DNA of 64,000 bases from a virus. Made by a program: the position numbers and the translations under genes. Positions 18,402-26,593 of the stretch are shown in pieces (position 1 is the stretch's first letter; every line of letters begins with the position of its first letter). The notes under the pieces were generated by a model. The model searched no databases and was not told the DNA's origin. It worked only from the letters and a program-made list of their open reading frames with translations. The stretch covers positions 1 to 64,000 of IMG/VR virus record IMGVR_UViG_3300044825_000698, one strand, 5' to 3'.

Positions 18402-19605
18402 ACTCCATGGTGGTCCAGTCCCACTTGACGTGGATTTCGATCTTCGGCGCAGTTCGTGCTTCTACGACACGGATGATCGCCTGATCGTCAACGTCAGGGT
18501 TGCGCTCCACGCCAAGGAGCAAGTCAGCGTCCTGTCCGAATGATGACGAGTAACCAATGGCATCGGCTGTCACCGCTCGGGTACGACGGTTATTCAACTT
18601 CCACGCCAGCACCTGTGTTGTTGCTACGACTGGAATGTCATGGCTCTGGGCCAATCTCTTTAAGGCACGGGTGATGTTGGTGATGGCTTGAGGTGACCCC
18701 TTTGGCTCTCCCTCTTCGTCGTCCATGAGGTACACACCGTCAACCACCAGCAGGTCGGGTTTGTATTCCTTGACCTTGCCCGACAACGCACTGACAGTCG
18801 TCAACGACGACGTGTCTTCGCTGATGATGAACGGTTGCATGTTCTTACGTGAACGTAGGGCCTTAGATATCCGCTCACGTTCGTCACGACTGGTGTCACC
18901 CGACAGGATTCGTGTGTATGGGACTTTAGAAATGAATGAGTCGTATCGAGCCGTCTGCTCTTCCACACTCATCTCAAACGACACGAACAACGGGCGCTTA
19001 CCAAAGATGTGCGCTGAGTTGGCGATGATGAGAGCGAACAGCGACTTACCACGCTTCGGCTCTCCAGCAAACACAATGAACTGTTGGGGGCGTAGACCGT
19101 GAGTTACCCGGTCGAGTCCAGCGAACCCAGTAGGAATACCACGCAGAGCGTTTGGTGTGTTGCTCATCTCTTCGTAGCGAGCGAGACGATCTTCCCAGTT
19201 CTGGATGATGTCTACGTCACGGATGCGTGCGCCCTCGACTGAGGCTTTCTGCACGCTGGCTGACATCGATGCGATGGCCTTAGATGGGTCGTTGTCGTTA
19301 AGGGCCGCGAACGCTTCTTGTAGACCATCGCTGATGGTGCGTGTCTTGTAACCATCGATCAGTTCTTCGATGAGCCGAGTGGTTACTTCACCTGTCGTAT
19401 CGGCAAGGGTGATCGCACCAAACTCTGTTGACAACGCACGCTCAGTAGGAACTTCACCGTGGTCTCGGTGGTAAGTGACGATCCATTCCCACACCTCGGG
19501 CCACTTGCCAGTGAAGTGGTATGGCTTGATGCCACTATTGATCGGAACAGATACGTCACGACTTTCGATGACCTTGGAAATAAGTAGAATCTCGCTACTT
19601 GCCAT
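18349..19605 (-). CDS. dnaB: DnaB-like replicative helicase
   Basis: GIPTGF..LD, GEPKRGKS, SFEM, VVDGVYLM, LKRLA, QDAD. Confidence 0.93.
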   Translation of the reverse strand: MASSEILLISKVIESRDVSVPINSGIKPYHFTGKWPEVWEWIVTYHRDHGEVPTERALSTEFGAITLADTTGEVTTRLIEELIDGYKTRTISDGLQEAFAALNDNDPSKAIASMSASVQKASVEGARIRDVDIIQNWEDRLARYEEMSNTPNALRGIPTGFAGLDRVTHGLRPQQFIVFAGEPKRGKSLFALIIANSAHIFGKRPLFVSFEMSVEEQTARYDSFISKVPYTRILSGDTSRDERERISKALRSRKNMQPFIISEDTSSLTTVSALSGKVKEYKPDLLVVDGVYLMDDEEGEPKGSPQAITNITRALKRLAQSHDIPVVATTQVLAWKLNNRRTRAVTADAIGYSSSFGQDADLLLGVERNPDVDDQAIIRVVEARTAPKIEIHVKWDWTTMEFEEVYNDDDGNVNPSFD

Positions 19606-20048
19606 CAGAGTCTCCAGGCGGTGGTTGGGGCCACGACAGTAGCACGCATGCCGATGACATGTGCGTCATCCATGTTTGATGTGTAAAACACCCGAACGCT
19701 TCTGTTGTACTTGAAGTCATCGTTGTACGCCTCGATGTTTTCGTAATACAACACCGAGGTGGATACACCTTTACGGGACAGCCAGGCATAGATCGGCTCG
19801 ACGGCATCGGGGTGAATAAACGTAATGACTTCTGTTCCCAGGGCGAGGCGATTCACGCAATCGATCAGTGATCTGATCGGTAGATCGTTGGGAGTCCACA
19901 ACTTGATTGCCGATTCCCAGTCGTTACGGCTTTCATAGAACTTGGCTTTCAGTTTCCCGGTGCCCGATGGTGGCGATGCCAGTACGCCCTCAAACATGCT
20001 CGCCTGACCTATGCGGTCATACGTGCTGATGTCGTTTCCCTGCATCAC
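19605..20048 (-). CDS. hypothetical protein, HAD-fold-like
   Basis: FEGVLA near N-terminus. Confidence 0.4.
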   Translation of the reverse strand: MMQGNDISTYDRIGQASMFEGVLASPPSGTGKLKAKFYESRNDWESAIKLWTPNDLPIRSLIDCVNRLALGTEVITFIHPDAVEPIYAWLSRKGVSTSVLYYENIEAYNDDFKYNRSVRVFYTSNMDDAHVIGMRATVVAPTTAWRL

Positions 20049-20671
20049 GAAATCTTGATCGTTGCCATCTCCGACAGAGCCAACTTCACTCGGTCGCCAT
20101 ACCGACGGACGAAGTCCATCTGACTGAACGATGTAGTGATGATAACGCTCCGCTTGTTTTCGTAACGACGACGGATAAGACTGCCGATCTCGTGCCGGGT
20201 AAACTCGGTGTCACGTTCCTGACCAACGCCGTCCAGTAACACGATGTCGAATACACCCTGGATGTACTTCAGCAAGTGAGGTGTCGAGTACATCTCTGGC
20301 AAGACGTTGTTGTTGTCGAAAGTGTCTTGGAGCATTTCGATGTACCGCTCACTGGCCAGAAACTTGCCTGACAAGTCTTTCTTAGTCACAAGCGTCTTGG
20401 CCAATGCCTGTGCAAGAACGGTTTTACCGGAACCACTTCGACCCGACACGAACAGCGAATCGCCGGGAGTGAACTTGCTTACCCACTCCGATGCCTGCTC
20501 CAGAACCGCCTTGTCCATATCCAGGTCGCTGTAGTTGATGTCCTTCCAGCGGGGAGGCACATTCAGGTGATACAGGCGTTCGTCTTTCGACCTGTTACGC
20601 CACCACTTCTCAGATTTCCAGTCAGTCGGTGTTGTGAAGGTTGTCATTGTTCCCCTCATTGTGGTTTTCAT
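20045..20671 (-). CDS. DnaC/IstB-like AAA+ ATPase (helicase loader)
   Basis: VPPRW, GRSGSGKT, LLDGVGQE, IRRRY..KRSVIITTS. Confidence 0.85.
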   Translation of the reverse strand: MKTTMRGTMTTFTTPTDWKSEKWWRNRSKDERLYHLNVPPRWKDINYSDLDMDKAVLEQASEWVSKFTPGDSLFVSGRSGSGKTVLAQALAKTLVTKKDLSGKFLASERYIEMLQDTFDNNNVLPEMYSTPHLLKYIQGVFDIVLLDGVGQERDTEFTRHEIGSLIRRRYENKRSVIITTSFSQMDFVRRYGDRVKLALSEMATIKIS

Positions 20672-21020
20672 ATGAGTTCTTTATGATATTCCAGAACTCA
20701 TCATTCTTCTCTTTATTGATCGCTTCTGCGTGTAGAACCGTTTGGTGGATACGCAGACCGGATGCGGTGGCAAAGATACCGCCACACTCTTCACATTCCA
20801 AGTAACCGTCGTCAGTTGTGGATGGCTGACGGGTGCAGTACGAAACACCCAGAACCAGGTCGAGAGCATCTTCCAAGTCAGGGTCATCATCTGCCGACAC
20901 AGAACTGAGGGCGACTTCAAAGTCCTCGGGCGTATCGAAGTTCTCGGTCAACCACTTCACGAAGTGGAGGAGGTCGTTCAGGCTAGAGAACATGTAAGCC
21001 GGTTCGTCATGCATTACCAA
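20622..21020 (-). CDS. C2H2 zinc-finger protein
   Basis: CEECGGIFATASGLRIHQTVLH. Confidence 0.65.
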   Translation of the reverse strand: MVMHDEPAYMFSSLNDLLHFVKWLTENFDTPEDFEVALSSVSADDDPDLEDALDLVLGVSYCTRQPSTTDDGYLECEECGGIFATASGLRIHQTVLHAEAINKEKNDEFWNIIKNSYENHNEGNNDNLHNTD

Positions 21021-22323
21021 ACCTCCGGTAATTATAAATCGCCTCCCCTATAGTACCAGCGGGGGACCGGAGCATTGTTGGTTCTTTTTCATAGAGAACA
21101 GTTGGCAGTTTGATAAATGACAGACGCTCGTGTAGTTCATGTACGTCAGATGGGTCCTGGCTACAGTGCCACAGGACCAGTGTGTTGAAATCCTCCAGGG
21201 CGTTAAGAAATGCCCTGTCGGTGAACTCGCCACCCCACATCATGGCGATAGTGGCTATGACCTCGGGATACCGATAACAGGCATCCATACACCGCATCAT
21301 GATCGCCTTTTGTAGATCCTGGTCAGCCGAGACCGACCACGGCAGTGCTTCACTGGTTCGGACGAAATCGTTGGCCATAAGGTTTAGCACCGGGTTGTCG
21401 TCCTCGATCTTGATATCGATGGATTCCATCAGCGACTTCTGGACGGGGCGACTGGCGAACGCCTGGGCCGGGTCGGTGTAGGCCGAGAACCGTGGGTTAT
21501 CCCAGAACTCGTTAATCATCTTGACGATGGTCTGACGGGCGATATTACCGTCGAGTAATTTCTTGAAGGCTGTCATCAGGATGACCCGATCACGGGGCGT
21601 GTAACTACGGGACATGAGCGACTTCGGGTGGTGCATGAACCGCTCTGCGAGATCGAACGGTTTCTTGGAGGCGGGGCGTGCCTTGGTGGGAGCGGGGGCT
21701 TCCTTCTTCACCTCGTGAGGGTCCTCACCGAGAATCATGGTTTCGTCCTCCTGGCTCCCGCAGGGAGCACTCTCTATTATCTCTAGTACTTCTCTATTAT
21801 CCATATATATCTCTGTCGTATTGCTATCGCCCCTCTGAGCAGGGGAAACGACGGAGTTGGTAGTGTCACCCGTGACACCCCCAGCATGGTCTAGGGGTGT
21901 CAGCGCTGACACCCCGGAGTGTCTCCCGTGACTACCCGGAGTGTCACCGGTGACACCCCCACGGGGCTTGAAAACGACCGTGTAAGTGTTTACAGAATTA
22001 CTTGAACGCTCGATCTTGATGACCCCTTCTTGACCTAACCACTTGACCGAACGGATGACCGTTTCACGAGATATCCCGACAAAATCGGCCACCTGTTGGT
22101 ACGAGGCCGTGATGGTTCGTGTACGAATGTCCATACACCCGATCAGGCCCACCAGGACCTGGAGATCACGCTGGTGACCACGATCTTTGATCGCCTCTAC
22201 GGCCCACACGGGGACGGCCAAGAAAGGCCCATCGAAGTGGTTGGTGGTCATGAGCGACGGAGGATACCGGATGTGAAACCTGGCCGCAAGCATAGTTGCG
22301 TAATCCCTGATCCGGTGGTACAT
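21007..22323 (-). CDS. replication initiator-like HTH protein carrying internal iterons
   Basis: ASYQQVADFVGISRETVIRSVKWL winged-HTH; repeated GVTGDT linker; upstream of DnaC-like gene. Confidence 0.75.
   Translation of the reverse strand: MYHRIRDYATMLAARFHIRYPPSLMTTNHFDGPFLAVPVWAVEAIKDRGHQRDLQVLVGLIGCMDIRTRTITASYQQVADFVGISRETVIRSVKWLGQEGVIKIERSSNSVNTYTVVFKPRGGVTGDTPGSHGRHSGVSALTPLDHAGGVTGDTTNSVVSPAQRGDSNTTEIYMDNREVLEIIESAPCGSQEDETMILGEDPHEVKKEAPAPTKARPASKKPFDLAERFMHHPKSLMSRSYTPRDRVILMTAFKKLLDGNIARQTIVKMINEFWDNPRFSAYTDPAQAFASRPVQKSLMESIDIKIEDDNPVLNLMANDFVRTSEALPWSVSADQDLQKAIMMRCMDACYRYPEVIATIAMMWGGEFTDRAFLNALEDFNTLVLWHCSQDPSDVHELHERLSFIKLPTVLYEKEPTMLRSPAGTIGEAIYNYRRFGNA
21771..21956. repeat. 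putative replication origin: four palindromic iterons GTGTCA-N4-TGACAC plus AT-rich segment
   Basis: iterons at 21863, 21897, 21919 (degenerate), 21941; TCTCTATTAT twice at 21771 and 21791. Confidence 0.75.
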
Positions 22324-22371
22324 TTCCGTGTAGCCAGGAGGTTGGTGGTTCTCCTATCTGGTGACTGATGG

Positions 22372-22407
22372 CATTGGGGTATGAGGTATAATCCTCATAC
22401 CCCAATG
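22372..22407. promoter_or_regulatory. perfect 15-bp inverted repeat with TATAAT as 6-nt loop between divergent transcription units
   Basis: CATTGGGGTATGAGG-TATAAT-CCTCATACCCCAATG. Confidence 0.7.
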
Positions 22408-22423
22408 TTATTTAGGAGCCATA

Positions 22424-22858
22424 GTGGACGCACTTATTAAAGCCCTCAAAGAGGCGATGGCTGATGTAATTACTTTTTACTTCATGGCTCATGGGTACCA
22501 CTGGAACGTAGAAGGCCAGGACTTCAGCCAGTACCACAACCTGTTCGGTGACATCTACGAAGATGTGTATGGGTCCATCGACCCACTGGCCGAGAACATC
22601 CGCAAGATGGATGATTACGCCCCGTTCAGTCTCCAGAAGTTCATCGATCTACGCAACGTCGAGTTCAAGGATGTAGATCCGTCGCCTAAGGCGATGGCGA
22701 AGTCTCTGTTATCAGCAAATGAGACAGTCATCGATACCTTGAACAGCGCCTTCGATGCGGCTGAGGAGCAGAACGAGCAGGGCATCATGGATTTCCTCGC
22801 CTCTCGTATTGACATGCATAAGAAATGGGCATGGCAACTCCGTGCCTCAACTAAGTGA
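22424..22858 (+). CDS. dps: Dps family ferritin-like DNA protection protein
   Basis: HGYHWNVEGQDFSQYHNLF..IYE...DPLAENIR...KKWAWQL. Confidence 0.93.
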   Translation: MDALIKALKEAMADVITFYFMAHGYHWNVEGQDFSQYHNLFGDIYEDVYGSIDPLAENIRKMDDYAPFSLQKFIDLRNVEFKDVDPSPKAMAKSLLSANETVIDTLNSAFDAAEEQNEQGIMDFLASRIDMHKKWAWQLRASTK

Positions 22859-22866
22859 GGTAACTC

Positions 22867-23163
22867 ATGGCAGAGAAGAAAAAGAAAGACCCACGTCTAG
22901 AGCGTGCCGGTGTCAGTGGCTACAACAAGCCAAAGCGCACACCAGATCATCCGACGAAGTCACACATTGTTGTTGCCAAGGAAGGCGACCAGGTGAAGAC
23001 CATCCGTTTCGGTGAACAGGGCGCAGAGACAGCCGGTAAGCCGAAGGAAGGCGAGTCGGAACGCATGAAAGAAAAGCGTGAATCATTTAAGGCTCGTCAT
23101 GCCAAGAATATCGCCAAGGGCAAGATGTCAGCGGCGTATTGGGCAGACAAGGTGAAGTGGTGA
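22867..23163 (+). CDS. small basic phage protein
   Basis: GYNKPKRTPDHPTKSH...TIRFG...SFKARH...SAAYWADKVKW, a recurrent aquatic-phage family. Confidence 0.75.
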   Translation: MAEKKKKDPRLERAGVSGYNKPKRTPDHPTKSHIVVAKEGDQVKTIRFGEQGAETAGKPKEGESERMKEKRESFKARHAKNIAKGKMSAAYWADKVKW

Positions 23164-23354
23164 TGGCCGCTAAGAAGAAGGCTGAATCTAAGGTCAACGA
23201 GGCCGGTAACTACACTAAGCCAGCGTTACGTAAGCGCCTGTTCAATGAGATCAAAGCCGGTACTAAGGGTGGAGACCCAGGTGAATGGTCTGCCCGTAAA
23301 GCCCAACTTCTAGCCAAGCGGTACAAGGAAGCGGGCGGAGGTTACAAGGACTGA
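23163..23354 (+). CDS. small basic phage protein
   Basis: NYTKPALRKRLF..IKAG.KGG.PGEWSARKAQLLAKRYK..GGGY; TGATG coupling. Confidence 0.75.
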   Translation: MAAKKKAESKVNEAGNYTKPALRKRLFNEIKAGTKGGDPGEWSARKAQLLAKRYKEAGGGYKD

Positions 23355-23599
23355 TGGCCAAGAAGGAATCACAGAAGTCTTTAGAGAACTGGACCAAGCA
23401 GGAATGGCGTACGTCCGATGGTTCTCCATCAAAAGGTAAGAAGCGTTACCTTCCTGACAAGGCATGGAATGAGTTGAGTCCTGCTGAGAAGGCGGCTACC
23501 AACAAGGCCAAAGCCGAAGGTAACAAGAAGGGCAAGCAGTACGTAGATCAGCCCGAGAAGATCGCCAAGAAAACTGCGAAGCACCGAAAGGGGGAATGA
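23354..23599 (+). CDS. small basic phage protein
   Basis: QKSL..WTKQEWRT...RYLPDKAW..LS..EKAATN.AK. Confidence 0.75.
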   Translation: MAKKESQKSLENWTKQEWRTSDGSPSKGKKRYLPDKAWNELSPAEKAATNKAKAEGNKKGKQYVDQPEKIAKKTAKHRKGE

Positions 23600-23601
23600 C
23601 A

Positions 23602-23715
23602 ATGTGCAAGACCTGTGGATGCGGTATGACCAACCCCAAGGCCCCCGGCTACGGCAAGGGTAAGCCTGGCAAGAAGGGCGCTGACAAGAAGGCCCCAGCC
23701 AAGAAGAAGAAATGA
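23602..23715 (+). CDS. 37-aa Cys-motif, Lys-rich peptide (not in ORF track)
   Basis: MCKTCGCGMTNPKAPGYGKGKPGKKGADKKAPAKKKK. Confidence 0.6.
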   Translation: MCKTCGCGMTNPKAPGYGKGKPGKKGADKKAPAKKKK

Positions 23716-23751
23716 AGTAAGTGAGTTCCAATAGTTATTGGACTTAACGAG

Positions 23752-23775
23752 AGAGGCCCCCTTTCGGGGGCCTCT
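23752..23775. terminator. GC-rich hairpin terminator between convergent units
   Basis: AGAGGCCCCC-TTTC-GGGGGCCTCT. Confidence 0.75.
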
Positions 23776-23859
23776 TCCGTGTGTGGAGTTTAAAGGGGGA
23801 CCTTCACACCATATGTTGTGCCGTGTCGCCGGTATCCCGGTTACACGTACGTGAGGGTA

Positions 23860-24603
23860 TCAGTTACCCGAGTGTTCCGCAACCACCATGGCATGAATTT
23901 TATTGAGCAGTTCCTGGTTCACCAGATACGAAATGCAGTCCCCGTTGTTGAACGTCACGGCGATCTCAGCGATGTGAGGGGTTGGTTCGGGGGCATCTTT
24001 CAGCAGGACCTTGATGGCCTCTTCTTTGGTTTTGACTTCATGCCCAGCATTACGGGCCAACCTTTTGACATGGGCGGCTGGCATGACCTCCAGCGTCTCA
24101 CGGTCGAACGAACTGACATCCAACTCTTCCATGCCATCGTCAGTTTTCTCGGCGGTGACTTCCACGATGGGTGGAGTGTCAGACTCCAGGATGATCGGGG
24201 TCAAACCGTTAGTGAGTTCCAAAGTCGGCAGGCCCAAGTTAATCGACGTGGTTGCGATGTTCGTGGCGTACTGGGGGTCGTCCTGATTCCACAGGATGGC
24301 CGACAGGCCATGGAGTGACTTGAGATCACGGATGATGGTGATGTCTACATCTTCGGTCTCGGCAACTTCGATGGCGCTCTTCGCCAACACTTTCGGCACC
24401 GGCTTACGACCCTCAGCGGCGATGATGCGGAACTGGGCTTCGTTATCCAACATCCAGTCGTACACGAGTTCCAGTCCCTGTGGGATGTTGGAATCGCCGT
24501 ACCACGGAATGAGGTAGGTGACCTTTGTTCCGATGTCATCAAGAGATGCGTTGATGACTTTCTTGGGGGCCGAACCGGTCCCCAGAATCCCGTAGTGTTC
24601 CAT
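23860..24603 (-). CDS. hypothetical protein
   Basis: 247-aa ORF with AGGAG RBS. Confidence 0.65.
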   Translation of the reverse strand: MEHYGILGTGSAPKKVINASLDDIGTKVTYLIPWYGDSNIPQGLELVYDWMLDNEAQFRIIAAEGRKPVPKVLAKSAIEVAETEDVDITIIRDLKSLHGLSAILWNQDDPQYATNIATTSINLGLPTLELTNGLTPIILESDTPPIVEVTAEKTDDGMEELDVSSFDRETLEVMPAAHVKRLARNAGHEVKTKEEAIKVLLKDAPEPTPHIAEIAVTFNNGDCISYLVNQELLNKIHAMVVAEHSGN

Positions 24604-24620
24604 TGGTTCTCCTTGTGGTT

Positions 24621-24878
24621 TTAGCGCGTACTCTTCTTCCGCGCCATGTCCCCGGTCAATGTGATGAGCCGAAGTACGGAGTGGATGGTACCAGCCACAG
24701 TGGCAACAGCGAGACCACCAAGAGAGACATTTGACACATCGGCCAAGATAGCAATTGGGTATCCAAGGGCTACACCCAGAACGACTTTGACCCAGGGCAT
24801 AGCCTCTCGTGGGCTAACCGCATCGAGGACTTGGATGACCTTGTATAGGGCCAGCCCGGCTAACAGAATATTGATCAT
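24621..24878 (-). CDS. small membrane protein, possible holin
   Basis: three hydrophobic segments, basic C-terminus, end of tail operon. Confidence 0.5.
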   Translation of the reverse strand: MINILLAGLALYKVIQVLDAVSPREAMPWVKVVLGVALGYPIAILADVSNVSLGGLAVATVAGTIHSVLRLITLTGDMARKKSTR

Positions 24879-26593
24879 ACCCCTGGCACGTTATTATATG
24901 TAATGGTGTATTTCAAGTTAGTGGTAGGAATTCTGTTGCTGTAGACAGTGCCACTGGTTACTAACCTGGTGACCGGCAAGATACTCGACACCATCTGAGC
25001 CACCACCTTCTTCATTTTCTGGAAGTTGTCGGTGTAGACACTGATTGATTCGGCAGGGTTACCTAACCAGCCGTAGTCACTGATACTTCCTCCACCGTCA
25101 ACAATCCATGCTCCACGGTTGCTATCTCCATCGAAGTAGTCACCAACAATGTTGCGTTCTAGTAGAAAGAAATCAAAATCATTGACGTTATATATCAATG
25201 AATCTTCATAACGAACAACAATGTTCATAGCCGTATACGAAGAATATCCTTCAGGTACTTCTAAACGCCAATAACGGTGGCTACCTGAAATTGTCTGTAG
25301 ATCGCTTTCAACGACAAACTCGGCAGGCCCATCTGCGTAAGACCCGGTGTACAAATATACGGCGCTTATCAGATCCTGAACCTCACGACGACAGTGTGCA
25401 GAGAAGTACAGCACATCACCCGTCTTTAGCATTATCTCAGGAGTTGTACGTTCTAATATGTTAGTCCCCGGATCGTCGAAATCTGCGTAGGTAGTCCACC
25501 CACCAGTAAGCGATATGGTTCCACCACCTGTGTAGTCAGGGTTAGGGGTACTTCCACCATCATAAGTTCCGTCGGTCTGGCTCGTTCCTACAACACCTGC
25601 GTCCAGAGTAAAACCTGCACCGTACGTGCTACTTGGATTACCGCCGTCGATGCTTCCCACTATCCCACTAATTAAACGTGGGTCGTAAATGAGATTGGCC
25701 CTCTGAGTAAAGATTCGTATTTCATCAGGATCGGTAGTCATGTCATATTCGACATCACACCCGGTAATGGCCTTAAAGGTCATTTCTATAATCTCAGGTG
25801 TTCCTTTTCCACGTCTAAGCGTCCCGATGCTGTCAACCAAGTTACGCACTCGGTCGACGCCTAGTTCGTGGCTTTGAATAGGTAACCCAAAATCACGAGC
25901 AAGAGTGTCAAGGGCTTCTTGCTCTGCTATCCGTGGGTCCTTAGAGGCAATGACATAATCAAGAAGCGTTCTTGTCCGGTCAATATCCCAACCAATTACT
26001 GATAGGAACCGATACAGAGGACCGTTACTTAATGACGTAGATTGGTTGTCGTCTAACCACCTGTAGTACTCAGGGATGTGTTGAAATAGGGCGTTTGTGC
26101 TTCCATAGTTACTGGGAAGCATTACCTTTACACTCGCTACAGGCTCGTAGTAGTCATCTCCAGTGTTGGATAGGTATCTGATAAATAAGGTGTAGTAGGC
26201 CCACCTGGTGTTATCAGGAACCTCGTGTACGAGAGAGTCAGAGTACGCGGTTTCACGAAGGACAGCGCCGTTGTTTATCGATGTTGACGGACCTTGAGAA
26301 CTGTATAAGATGTGTGCCTCGTACGGAACAGGCACTGATCCAACAGTCTGTTCAAGATCGACGTTCCATGAAACCCGAACCGCCTGGTAGTCAATAACCG
26401 TTGCCTCAAACTGACCTACGCCAACTTCAAAACCAGAATCTGTTGGAACCTGTAATAGGTCGTCTGCACGCAGGTAGTTGTCGTTATCAGTACGAGGGGG
26501 ATAACTAGCACTCGCTGACTCACCTACTGGGTATTGAAGATACGCACCCTTATCTAGGGTGGAGCGGCGAAGAGTAAATGATGCACGTGCCAT
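24875..26593 (-). CDS. baseplate wedge / tail protein (P2 gpI-like region)
   Basis: IPEYYR..D...LYRFL...LARDFG...RRGKGT; follows baseplate J. Confidence 0.7.
   Translation of the reverse strand: MARASFTLRRSTLDKGAYLQYPVGESASASYPPRTDNDNYLRADDLLQVPTDSGFEVGVGQFEATVIDYQAVRVSWNVDLEQTVGSVPVPYEAHILYSSQGPSTSINNGAVLRETAYSDSLVHEVPDNTRWAYYTLFIRYLSNTGDDYYEPVASVKVMLPSNYGSTNALFQHIPEYYRWLDDNQSTSLSNGPLYRFLSVIGWDIDRTRTLLDYVIASKDPRIAEQEALDTLARDFGLPIQSHELGVDRVRNLVDSIGTLRRGKGTPEIIEMTFKAITGCDVEYDMTTDPDEIRIFTQRANLIYDPRLISGIVGSIDGGNPSSTYGAGFTLDAGVVGTSQTDGTYDGGSTPNPDYTGGGTISLTGGWTTYADFDDPGTNILERTTPEIMLKTGDVLYFSAHCRREVQDLISAVYLYTGSYADGPAEFVVESDLQTISGSHRYWRLEVPEGYSSYTAMNIVVRYEDSLIYNVNDFDFFLLERNIVGDYFDGDSNRGAWIVDGGGSISDYGWLGNPAESISVYTDNFQKMKKVVAQMVSSILPVTRLVTSGTVYSNRIPTTNLKYTITYNNVPGV

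Noticed and set aside
9607-18543. Long plus-strand ORFs (9607..10203, 13803..14345, 17857..18543)
   Set aside because: Fully overlap well-supported minus-strand genes; expected in GC-rich coding DNA
11408-19605. Inteins or introns in polA, helicases, or elsewhere in recA/terL
   Set aside because: Lengths are normal and no C...HN splice motifs or LAGLIDADG blocks were seen
23780-23860. Possible tRNA in the structured intergenic gap
   Set aside because: No TTC-RA T-loop or cloverleaf found by eye
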